Below, one piece after another: positions 26,436-35,505 of a DNA stretch of 53,396 nt. Where the stretch lies: IMG/VR virus record IMGVR_UViG_3300025072_000006, positions 1-53,396 of that record. One strand, written 5' to 3'. The stretch's first letter is position 1, and each line of letters opens with the position of its first letter. Below the pieces are notes generated by a model. That model worked only from the letters and a program-made list of their open reading frames with translations, made no database searches and was not told the DNA's origin. The stretch is from a virus. Taxonomy: Duplodnaviria; Caudoviricetes. Both the position numbers and the translations under genes were made by a program.

Positions 26436-29144
26436 TTATGGGGGTGCTGGTAAGTCTGGTATGTCATCGGCTGGTGCCAGTATAGCCCCACCTACAGATC
26501 TGCTAGTTCTATATACAAAGCTTTTAAATGTGATAGTACCTGGCCGAGAAGGGCTAATGAATATAACTGAATATATTCGTACGTATTTTCCTTGCCGCTT
26601 TTCTATTGTAATATTACCATTATTTATAAGTTCCCATGTGTGTGTAAGTGATCTGGTGGCGGAGGGCATGGTACCACCGCCAACAAATTTTTTCTGGCTG
26701 AACATCTGGTGATCTGACCAAGTGTCATACGTATCCGCTGAACTAGTAGCAATATAATGGTTCATCCATATAGTTCCAGTTCCTAGCCCGGTGTTGTGGT
26801 GTTTTGCGGTATATGATACTTGCATTCTACTCTCACCTGGTAATATAAATGTTTCAAATACAGATGCAGTGTGTGCATTTACCTCTCCAAATATTGTCGA
26901 AGTGTCAACCGTTTGTTCTACTCCACCATCGTAATAAACAACTCGTCCTAAATTTTTTCCATCTAAAAATGCGTTATTAGAATCAAATAAAACATTGCTT
27001 CCGCTTATTGCTAAAAACCCAGACGCTGTTATATTTCCAGCTGGGGTGATATGGTATCCAGATGATGATATTTCTAATTGACCATTTGATCCACTAATAA
27101 ATTGTGCTGCTGGATTACCAAGAAAAAATGTTTCTGTATGTACATCTAATATACTAGGATTTGTTCTAAATCTAAAATAGTTATTTGCATCAGATACTAA
27201 TTCTAAACCAACTCCTTGATATGTTGTTTCTGATTGATTTGGCAACGCAGATCCAGAAAACAATAAAAATCCTGGTGCACCTGATCCTGTTGCTTGATTA
27301 AATCCTCCATATGGTAGTGAACGAATAAATCCTGTATCTTTTAATCCGGAAATATCTATGCCTGATTCTAATGTATCAGCTACATATAATGAACCAGTAA
27401 GCATTGAAAATGCTCCGTCAATATATCTATTTCCGCCTTCCCAGGTTTTATTGTTAACATAACTAATTGTTTTACTTCTATCTCCAATTATATTATAATA
27501 TTCTACTTTGAATGATAATTGATTATCGCTTTTATGTTTAGTTGGTATTTCAGATCTAATTCTTGTGTAATTTGGGCTATATCCTATCTCTGCACTTGTT
27601 AATGTTCTTATATCAGCAATTTGCCAGACTCCTGATTCTATTACAAATAATAAAGAACCATTCCCGGATTGATCTGATTTAAATTCAAATTCAATGTCAT
27701 CATATCTTTGCGATGTTTTTGCTGTGCTTTCTATTTCTCCAATTTTTTTGCCTACTGTTATTGGCAACGATTGATTTAGAACATCTGTTGTATTATAATT
27801 AAATGCTGATCCAGATGCGTATATCGATAGTTTAGGATTGTTATTTCCACTAACAGAACTTCTTAATGCTTGTGCATCAATTGTAACTTTATATTGAGAT
27901 TGGCTTACAAAAAATCCAGCATATATATCTTTTACTTGTGCAACCAAAACATTGTTATTTGAAGTAATATCAGTTGAACTATCAATTAACATTCCATTAT
28001 TAATAGAAGATGTTGTCCAAGTTAATGTTGGTGCAGTTGATTCAGAATTACCTAAATATGTATGTCCTTCCCAATATGTATCAATTATACTTTGTGTTGT
28101 AAATATTCCTATAGACTGATCTGGTGTTAATGATGCTGTGGAATCTACAAATATTTCTGTGCCTTCTAATAATACATCATTTACTTGTTCCCAGGTTCCA
28201 ACAGTGCCATTTGAATTGGTATAAACTTTTATTCTTGAAATATCCCCAGTTGCTGGATCTAAATCGTTTATTTGTAATAATGCAAATGATTCTGAATTTT
28301 GTGTAGGTATAAATGTTGGGTCTGCTTCATATGATAAACTAAATGATGATGGATCAAAATGATTATATGTATGAGATGATATTGTTTTGTTGCTTAAAAC
28401 AGTAAATGGTGTTTCTAAAGTTACTGAATCTTTATTTAATACTTTTTTAATTTTTGATGTAAATTGTGTACTAGATGGAGTATAATTTGGAGTCGGTGCT
28501 GGATTTGTTGGACTAGCAACTGTAATTGTTCCTCCTACCATATCCCCTTGAAAAACGCCTCCTGCTATTTGTAAGATTGGTTGGAAATTTCTATAAAAAT
28601 ATTCGACAGTGCCGGTAGTATATGTTGGAAATTGAGTTGTCGTATATGTTCTATCTAGTTGTACGCCGACATTTTCTTCGATTGTCATTGTGGGTTCGAT
28701 TGTAAATATTATTTCCGTTTCATTAGGATCAGTTGGATTAACAGGAAATTTCCGTATCCATTTTACATTTGGTTTGTCTCTCCACTCTGCTGGGACTGAC
28801 TGACCATTATATTTAGCTAACGTTCCTGTTATAGTGACTGTACAGTCGCCGGGGGGCGTATCTTCATATATATAAATTGATATAACTCTAGATTTGTCTT
28901 CATCTAGATAATTAATAAATTCAGCATATATTGGATTTCCATTATAGTCTAAAACTTCGACATCAACAAGTGTTCCTATTTTTAAATTATTAGTATTACC
29001 TTGTAATTTAATTAAATTTTTGCCTGCGGTAAACCGTAATGGAAGTTTAGTAATTTTGAATACATCTGGAGATGATACAGATGTGTCTGTAACATAAGTT
29101 ATTGCGGTATCAAACCCTTTTTTTACTGCCCGATATTTTGCCAT
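26436..29144 (-). CDS. Large beta-rich putative virion protein
   Basis: S/T-rich 902-aa ORF carrying the ISGSNG..ISSS..GNITASG motifs seen in the fibre proteins; TATTTATA upstream. Confidence 0.55.
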   Translation of the reverse strand: MAKYRAVKKGFDTAITYVTDTSVSSPDVFKITKLPLRFTAGKNLIKLQGNTNNLKIGTLVDVEVLDYNGNPIYAEFINYLDEDKSRVISIYIYEDTPPGDCTVTITGTLAKYNGQSVPAEWRDKPNVKWIRKFPVNPTDPNETEIIFTIEPTMTIEENVGVQLDRTYTTTQFPTYTTGTVEYFYRNFQPILQIAGGVFQGDMVGGTITVASPTNPAPTPNYTPSSTQFTSKIKKVLNKDSVTLETPFTVLSNKTISSHTYNHFDPSSFSLSYEADPTFIPTQNSESFALLQINDLDPATGDISRIKVYTNSNGTVGTWEQVNDVLLEGTEIFVDSTASLTPDQSIGIFTTQSIIDTYWEGHTYLGNSESTAPTLTWTTSSINNGMLIDSSTDITSNNNVLVAQVKDIYAGFFVSQSQYKVTIDAQALRSSVSGNNNPKLSIYASGSAFNYNTTDVLNQSLPITVGKKIGEIESTAKTSQRYDDIEFEFKSDQSGNGSLLFVIESGVWQIADIRTLTSAEIGYSPNYTRIRSEIPTKHKSDNQLSFKVEYYNIIGDRSKTISYVNNKTWEGGNRYIDGAFSMLTGSLYVADTLESGIDISGLKDTGFIRSLPYGGFNQATGSGAPGFLLFSGSALPNQSETTYQGVGLELVSDANNYFRFRTNPSILDVHTETFFLGNPAAQFISGSNGQLEISSSGYHITPAGNITASGFLAISGSNVLFDSNNAFLDGKNLGRVVYYDGGVEQTVDTSTIFGEVNAHTASVFETFILPGESRMQVSYTAKHHNTGLGTGTIWMNHYIATSSADTYDTWSDHQMFSQKKFVGGGTMPSATRSLTHTWELINNGNITIEKRQGKYVRIYSVIFISPSRPGTITFKSFVYRTSRSVGGAILAPADDIPDLPAPP

Positions 29145-29161
29145 TTAACATTACCCTTTTG

Positions 29162-29169
29162 TATAAATA
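29162..29169 (-). promoter_or_regulatory. Representative copy of the putative late promoter TATTTATA (coding strand)
   Basis: Exact copies upstream of genes at 605, 11074, 11399, 17850, 19703, 23544, 26403, 29162, 35493, 39063 and 50156; TATTTATT variants at 14291, 14644, 37078 and 52739. Confidence 0.7.
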
Positions 29170-32100
29170 TTAAGTATGTACAATCTGGCTGAAATTGTTT
29201 ATCTTATTTACTTCGATTAAATTGTCTACCATATCTCTCATTGTATCAACGTGTGATATGATAATAGAAAATTCAAATTTGGTTCTAAAATATTCAAATA
29301 AGTTTGAAACTGATGACATATGGTTTTGATCTAGACTGCCCCATCCTTCATCTATTGCAATGAAATTTGGTCTTGGTAATGCTGATACATTTATTAACGC
29401 TACTCGAATTGCCAATGAAGAAATAAATCTTTCCATTCCTGATGTTAATTCTAACGGCCAGAAATTATCCTCATCATAAATAATATATCCATTAATATTT
29501 TTACCATCTGTCTGTAAAACCATATTAAATTCTACTACTTGGTTTAATACATTATTTATTTCATTTTCAATTTTAGGTAATGCAATTTTAACTAATTCAT
29601 ATGAAACCCCGTTTCTTCCAACCGCACCCAAATAATATTCATATGCTTTATATTCTGTCTCTAATTGTTTATATTTTTCAATTTGTTCAATTGCATTTTT
29701 CTTTTTAGTTTTTGCTACTTCAATATCTCCATGTTTAGATTTAATTGAATCTGTTATACCTTTTAGTGTAGCTGTAATTTCTTTTGTTAATGATTTGTTA
29801 TTTTCAATTTTCTCATTGATCTCCAAATTGTGTTTAATTGCAGATTCATTTTTTCTATAATTGTCTTGTTGCTTTTTATTTGTTTTTAATTCATTCTCTT
29901 TTGTTTGTAAATCACTTTGCATTACTTGTAATTGCAATTTTTGGGTTTCTATTTTATTTTTTAAGTCTAATCTAGATTGATATGTTGATATTATATTTTT
30001 TATACCATCATATTTGTTTTGTATATTATTTAATGCATTTTGTTTACTTTGCAATCGAATTTCATTTTCAGGCAATTCTTGTTTTGCTTGCTCTGCTTCT
30101 TTAATAAAAACATTTGAAGTACAATATTTACAATTTGGATCATATTCGTGTGTCTTTAAATGATCAATTTTTTTCTTTTGTATTTTTACTAATTGTTTTA
30201 ATTCTGTTTCTTCTCTTGTTAGTTTTTTTATTGCTTTATCTGATGATTGTAAACTAAGTGTAAGTGTTTCTATTCGTTGTTCTAAACGCCCTGGTTCAGC
30301 ATCTTCTTCTACTGCTCTGTGAAGATTTATATCAAATTCCTTATATTCGACATCTGCTTTTGCTACAGCATCTTCTTGGTCTTGTATATCACCGTCTAAA
30401 TCATAAATTGCTAAATCTAAATCTTCTTGGTCATCTTCCAATTGTTCTATATCAGGTCCGTCATATGATGTTGGCTGTTTTTTATCAATTAACTCAAGAA
30501 TATTGTCTTGTAAGTCATTTCTAGACTCTTGTAAATCATGTTCAGATTTTTCTAATTCTGTAATTTCTTGTTGCTCAATTGATATGATTTCTCCAGATTG
30601 TTTTATAATTTCTCCAAAATCCGTCTTTTTATATTCTTTTAACTTTCCAGCTGTCTCTTTTACTTCTTGTGATGCAATATGATATAATTGTTCAAATACT
30701 GTTGTATCTAAAAATTGTGATAATAAATCTTTTCTTTCTCGTTGGGACTTTTCTATAAAATTATTATTATCTGCTTGTAATGAAAATGCAGTTAATATGA
30801 AATCATCATACGTACCAAGATACTTTCTAATCATTTTATTTGTATCACTTCTTTCTTCTCCATTGAAATTTTCAGTTTCATTATAAAAATCAACATTTAC
30901 TTTAACATGACCATGTTTTAATGTTATTCCTTCACGCTCAATAGTATATAATTCATTGTTTAACATGAATTTAAATACTCCTTTAAATGTAGACTTTTTA
31001 TTATTTAAAACTTCTTTTGATTTACTTGTCTTGCTACATTTATCAAATATAGTATATGTTATTGCATCTAATAAAGATGATTTTCCGGAAGTATTTGCGG
31101 CAAACAATCCTACTACATCCTTTAATTTAGAAAAGTCAATTATATTTTTTTTGCCATATGAAAACATATTTTCAAATTCAAATGATATAGGATACCAAGT
31201 TACATTCCTAACACAATCAAGTGCTGGTAATTTAGAATTCATTGTTCTATTAATATGTCTTACTGCATCTACTTCTGAATCTAATGCATCTGGAAATGTG
31301 TTTTCTACATATTCCGTTATCATTGTATTTTGATATTCAACATCTCTTACATTTCCAATTGTATTTACTTCTAATTCCTGTTGTTCTAATTCGTCAGTAT
31401 TACGTTGAATTGAAATATCTTGAACGTCATATTTGTTTCGAATTGTTGCAATTAATTTTTTAATATCAGCTGCGTCTGTTCCGTTAAATTTTATTCTTAC
31501 TCTAGGTTTTTCTGGAACTCGGTGTGGTGCACTTACAATAGTTGATTTATTAACTTCGAATGTAACATATCCATATTCATTATGTACTTGTATAAATTCA
31601 GATGTTTTGCTTGGTAGGTCCCATACTAACATCCCATGGTCTAATGCTTCTCCATGGTTTTGTTGAATTAAACTTCCTGGATATCCAATTGTTTTTTCTG
31701 CATTTAAAAATTGTGCTGGTTTGTGAATATCTCCTAATAATGTTAAATCGTGTCCTTCGAATAAATCTGCTTTTACATGATCGTTTGAAATTTCAAATCC
31801 AACATCAGTTAATGCCGTATCAACAGCTCCATGGTGTAATGCAATCTTATAATGAGCATCAAATTCTTTTGCTCGTATATAATTTTCGGGTTGTACATCT
31901 ACTGCCATATGATTAAAGACAACATTTCCTAATTTAAACAATCCATTATCTTTTATAAAATGTATATTTGGATTATTAATTACATTTAATATAGGTGACA
32001 GTGCATCTATTCGATTTAAATTATTTAAATTCATATCGTGGTTTCCTAACATAACAATTGTTGGGATTGTAAAGCCACGAAAAAATTTAGTTAACATGTT

Positions 32101-32316
32101 TATTAGTTCTGGAGACATTTCTAATTTAGAATGTACTATATCGCCTGTTACAACACAAATACTAGAATCTGTTGCGTGTTGCGCAATGTGTAAAAACATA
32201 TTGTCAAAAACTTTATTAAATTCATCATGTCGTTTTAGTGTTCTAATGTGTATATCAGATATATGAAATATCTTATCGATATATTTTACATTAGTTTCTA
32301 ATTTTTTTATTTCCAT
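29170..32316 (-). CDS. Fused SbcD-SbcC (Mre11-Rad50, T4 gp47-gp46-like) recombination nuclease/ATPase
   Basis: Phosphoesterase motifs SDIH, GDIVH, GNHD and GDIH; Walker A NTSGKSS; zinc hook CKYC within coiled coil; TSGME signature, IAIDEG Walker B and ISH. Confidence 0.93.
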   Translation of the reverse strand: MEIKKLETNVKYIDKIFHISDIHIRTLKRHDEFNKVFDNMFLHIAQHATDSSICVVTGDIVHSKLEMSPELINMLTKFFRGFTIPTIVMLGNHDMNLNNLNRIDALSPILNVINNPNIHFIKDNGLFKLGNVVFNHMAVDVQPENYIRAKEFDAHYKIALHHGAVDTALTDVGFEISNDHVKADLFEGHDLTLLGDIHKPAQFLNAEKTIGYPGSLIQQNHGEALDHGMLVWDLPSKTSEFIQVHNEYGYVTFEVNKSTIVSAPHRVPEKPRVRIKFNGTDAADIKKLIATIRNKYDVQDISIQRNTDELEQQELEVNTIGNVRDVEYQNTMITEYVENTFPDALDSEVDAVRHINRTMNSKLPALDCVRNVTWYPISFEFENMFSYGKKNIIDFSKLKDVVGLFAANTSGKSSLLDAITYTIFDKCSKTSKSKEVLNNKKSTFKGVFKFMLNNELYTIEREGITLKHGHVKVNVDFYNETENFNGEERSDTNKMIRKYLGTYDDFILTAFSLQADNNNFIEKSQRERKDLLSQFLDTTVFEQLYHIASQEVKETAGKLKEYKKTDFGEIIKQSGEIISIEQQEITELEKSEHDLQESRNDLQDNILELIDKKQPTSYDGPDIEQLEDDQEDLDLAIYDLDGDIQDQEDAVAKADVEYKEFDINLHRAVEEDAEPGRLEQRIETLTLSLQSSDKAIKKLTREETELKQLVKIQKKKIDHLKTHEYDPNCKYCTSNVFIKEAEQAKQELPENEIRLQSKQNALNNIQNKYDGIKNIISTYQSRLDLKNKIETQKLQLQVMQSDLQTKENELKTNKKQQDNYRKNESAIKHNLEINEKIENNKSLTKEITATLKGITDSIKSKHGDIEVAKTKKKNAIEQIEKYKQLETEYKAYEYYLGAVGRNGVSYELVKIALPKIENEINNVLNQVVEFNMVLQTDGKNINGYIIYDEDNFWPLELTSGMERFISSLAIRVALINVSALPRPNFIAIDEGWGSLDQNHMSSVSNLFEYFRTKFEFSIIISHVDTMRDMVDNLIEVNKINNFSQIVHT

Positions 32317-33248
32317 ATTATATTCATTCTTAACTGCATTAACCTTTCAAAAGAAAATGTAGTTGTTTGTGTAATCATTTTGTTTATTGTTTCAAATCCT
32401 AACTCACTTGGGTCTTTATCTGGTAATTCTACGAAATATACATTTAATCCTTCTGCCATAAATTTCTCTGCGATAGACAATGCTTTTTTAATTGCATCTT
32501 GATCTAAACATAAGTATATATCTTTTACCCGTTCTTCTATAATTTTTTTCTGTAGTGCCGGTTGTATTATTTTTCCAAATAATGGTATCGCATTTCTTTT
32601 TATTGCTATTGCATCAAATGCTCCTTCACATAATACAATTGGCTCTGCCCAATTAATTAACATTTCAAATCCTATTATATCTTTAGATACTTTTGGATTT
32701 TTGTGTTTATAAGAATCACTTGAATAATATGCTCTAGATACAAAATAATTTATAAGTCCTTCTTTATTATAACTTGGTATAATTATTTTTCCAGAATATT
32801 CGCCAGCTTCAGCATACCCAATTCTGTATCTGATAATATCAAATATAGTAACTCCTCTTGTTTTTAAATAATGCATTGCATTACGATAATCAGGTGTTTT
32901 CTTTGGAATCCAGAGTGGTATATATTCTTCTGGCAATCTTAATATTTCTTCTGTTTTTATTGTTTCATTATTACGATATTTTGCAGTTTGAATTATTCGA
33001 CTTAATTGCTCAAATTTTTCTTTAGGAAGTTTTAGTTGTTTAAATAGCGAAACGATCGTTCGCCCTTTTCTATCAGATATCCAACAGTGCCATGGGTTCT
33101 GGCCTTCTATTGATGTGTTAAGATTTATTTCTAATTTAGGTTTATAATGTGAAGTAAATGGAGAGAAAAATGCTATATTATCTCCTGAGGTTTTCTTACC
33201 TTTACCTAATACAGACTCTAATAATTGAAGTAATTTAAGATTCTTCAT
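32307..33248 (-). CDS. DNA primase (DnaG/TOPRIM type)
   Basis: YLKTRG, IIIP, LCEGAFDAI, LCLDQDA and KDPSE motifs. Confidence 0.9.
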   Translation of the reverse strand: MKNLKLLQLLESVLGKGKKTSGDNIAFFSPFTSHYKPKLEINLNTSIEGQNPWHCWISDRKGRTIVSLFKQLKLPKEKFEQLSRIIQTAKYRNNETIKTEEILRLPEEYIPLWIPKKTPDYRNAMHYLKTRGVTIFDIIRYRIGYAEAGEYSGKIIIPSYNKEGLINYFVSRAYYSSDSYKHKNPKVSKDIIGFEMLINWAEPIVLCEGAFDAIAIKRNAIPLFGKIIQPALQKKIIEERVKDIYLCLDQDAIKKALSIAEKFMAEGLNVYFVELPDKDPSELGFETINKMITQTTTFSFERLMQLRMNIIWK

Positions 33249-33254
33249 ATTAAT

Positions 33255-33282
33255 ATTATAATGAAAATACTGAAGAATTCAA
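33255..33282 (-). promoter_or_regulatory. Putative promoter TTGAAT-N16-TATAAT before primase (near-leaderless)
   Basis: TATAAT ends 6 nt before the primase ATG. Confidence 0.55.
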
Positions 33283-33289
33283 AGTATAT

Positions 33290-33436
33290 GGCTTTTATAT
33301 TATGGTTAAATACATTTATTAATTACATCAATAAACGATCTAACGATCATCATTTATTAAACATTTCATTTAATAATAAATAATAATCATTTTATTAATA
33401 CATTTAGAAAATAATTAAAAAATTTCACAAATCCAA
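33290..33436. other. AT-rich non-coding region with short direct repeats; origin candidate
   Basis: CATTTATTAA twice plus variants, tandem AACGATC, and a TTGGAT-N17-TATTTT promoter-like site at 33408-33436. Confidence 0.4.
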
Positions 33437-33437
33437 C

Positions 33438-33926
33438 CTAATACGTTAAAAATTGTTTTTGTGGTTTAGGAACTTCTCCAACTTTCAAACATTCTTTAAA
33501 CCATTCATCTGGGATATCTTTCTTTGCAACATGGGTTATCCCTAACTTATTTGCATACATTTCATATGTGGTTTTACTTCCCTTTGTTATTTTTTGGTTT
33601 GGATTTTGAAATACTATTCTTAAGTCAACTCCTGGATTAGAAGCTAATATATTTTTCATTTTTCTTCTATCAATAGTAGTCCATCTGCCTTTTGTTTCAA
33701 CATACATAGTTTCTCCATTTTTCTTTTGAAATATAAAGTCTGGTGTATATTTGTGATTTGTTGCTGGCACTACGTAATCTAATTTTTCAGTTTCGTAATT
33801 TACTGGATATTTTGCTTCTTTAATTTGATTAGCAACTGTTAATTCTAATCCAGATTTATAACCGTATTTATATGCCGCTTGTCGTTTTTTGCTTCCGGCA
33901 GTATGCCAATGATTTTTTTTCTTCAT
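33438..33926 (-). CDS. Endonuclease I-like Holliday junction resolvase (T7 gp3 family); start revised to 33926
   Basis: YKSGLE, YTPDF and VETKGRW PD-(D/E)xK motifs; ATG overlaps the upstream TGA (TGATG). Confidence 0.88.
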   Translation of the reverse strand: MKKKNHWHTAGSKKRQAAYKYGYKSGLELTVANQIKEAKYPVNYETEKLDYVVPATNHKYTPDFIFQKKNGETMYVETKGRWTTIDRRKMKNILASNPGVDLRIVFQNPNQKITKGSKTTYEMYANKLGITHVAKKDIPDEWFKECLKVGEVPKPQKQFLTY

Positions 33927-34612
33927 CACTCTGCAGATCCCCATGGGAGTTCTGGGTCAACAGAATAATAATACTTGGTCCCATCTGGTCCAGGTAGTAT
34001 TAAATGAACAGGATCTTGTCCTCCAAAAAATGCCCACCCATCATCAATTTCAGCTGCTATACTATATGGATTTCCTATTACATCGCCAGTTTTTATATCT
34101 AATTCAACATCAATAGCCTCTGATCCGGCTAATTCATCTCCCTTTCCCCGATACCATTGTTTGTATGAATATTCCTGTCCAATAACTTGATTTTTCCCAA
34201 TTAACCATGCTTTCATTATTTTAAAATATGGATCTGTATCCCTTAACCCAGTTTTTTTTAGCCAGCCTTGAGCTAGCAAATTAAATTGTCTAGCAAACCA
34301 AACTTCATCATCTCCCCCACTTGTTCTTGCATCAGCCATTTGTTTTAACTTCATCGAGCCACCAGTTTCTTTCCACCAGTTTTCTGTCTTTATTGCTAAA
34401 GTCTTGGCTTTGTTAAAAGAATCCATATTCAAACCAACAGAAGATGAGTTGTTATTAGAATCACTAGAAGAGTTGTTATTGTTGTTATTGTTGTTATTGT
34501 TGTTATTAGAAGATTCTCCGTTATCATCATATTCTCCATCTCCTATTATTTGTTCCTTAAGATTCTTGGTTCTGAATCTTCTCATATTTTCTGCTAGTAT
34601 ATTTTTTTTCAT
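33926..34612 (-). CDS. Hypothetical protein with propeptide-like N-terminus and poly-Asn tract
   Basis: MKKNILAE...NLKE followed by an N/S-rich linker; TAAGGA site upstream. Confidence 0.65.
   Translation of the reverse strand: MKKNILAENMRRFRTKNLKEQIIGDGEYDDNGESSNNNNNNNNNNNNSSSDSNNNSSSVGLNMDSFNKAKTLAIKTENWWKETGGSMKLKQMADARTSGGDDEVWFARQFNLLAQGWLKKTGLRDTDPYFKIMKAWLIGKNQVIGQEYSYKQWYRGKGDELAGSEAIDVELDIKTGDVIGNPYSIAAEIDDGWAFFGGQDPVHLILPGPDGTKYYYSVDPELPWGSAE
34472..34507. repeat. In-frame AAC/AAT microsatellite (poly-Asn)
   Basis: (gttgttatt)-type 9-nt unit repeated about four times on the plus strand. Confidence 0.9.
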
Positions 34613-34621
34613 TAGTATTCC

Positions 34622-35488
34622 TTAATTTAATTTTTTAATAGATTTTGCTAATGGTTTATCACGTTTCATCCACTTCTTTTTCTTCCTATTGAGGTGTTTA
34701 TAAGGAGCACTGTTATTTTTAGGATGTTCACCTAAATAAAACTTAATAGTATCTGGAGTAAGTCTATTCGAAGAATCTAGAACGAAATAACTTCCAATAG
34801 TACCCGTTGATTGAGGATCATTATTGTAGGATTCTAATTCACCAGATGTTTTCTTTTCACTTTTAGTTACCCAATTCCCACCATCTTTATAATTCCATTC
34901 AATCTTGTATAACCACCCTTTTGAATCTTTTAAATCATTATATAGTTTTATCGCAACATCTCTTTGTGCATCATCTTTTGCTCGTTCTTCAGCAGCAACT
35001 TTATTATAAGCTATTTGCACTTTTAATTTCTCCATCTCTTGTTTAATTTTTTCATCTGCTTTATCTTTAAAGCGAGAATGAATATCACTAATTTTATCAC
35101 TACGGATCAGAGTAGCCTTATTTACTTTTTCACCCTCCCAATATGAGTCTTTATCAGTAATCTCAAACATGTATATGGTAAACAATTGTTTACCAACAAA
35201 AGAAGTTTTACCTTCTTCTTTCCAAACATATAAAATTTTACTATTTTTATTCCAATTAGTTAAATTAGGCGAATTAGATAATATTGTTTTTATATCAGTT
35301 TCATCTAATTGCTTAATAAGTTTATTCTTAATAAAAAGAACATTCAGAAGCATAATATGAGAAGCAACAGCTTTAAAATCTTGTTTTGCTTTTTTCTTTT
35401 TATTAGGATTGTCGATAGTTTTTAACACATACTCATCATTTGGTTCACGAAAAGTATTCTCTAGTAATATTTCTTTAAGTTTAATCAT
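34622..35488 (-). CDS. Hypothetical protein beginning MIKLKEILLE; start revised to 35488
   Basis: TATTTATA at 35493-35500 lies inside the track's extra six codons, which favours the second Met. Confidence 0.65.
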   Translation of the reverse strand: MIKLKEILLENTFREPNDEYVLKTIDNPNKKKKAKQDFKAVASHIMLLNVLFIKNKLIKQLDETDIKTILSNSPNLTNWNKNSKILYVWKEEGKTSFVGKQLFTIYMFEITDKDSYWEGEKVNKATLIRSDKISDIHSRFKDKADEKIKQEMEKLKVQIAYNKVAAEERAKDDAQRDVAIKLYNDLKDSKGWLYKIEWNYKDGGNWVTKSEKKTSGELESYNNDPQSTGTIGSYFVLDSSNRLTPDTIKFYLGEHPKNNSAPYKHLNRKKKKWMKRDKPLAKSIKKLN

Positions 35489-35505
35489 TTTATATAAATA
35501 TACCA

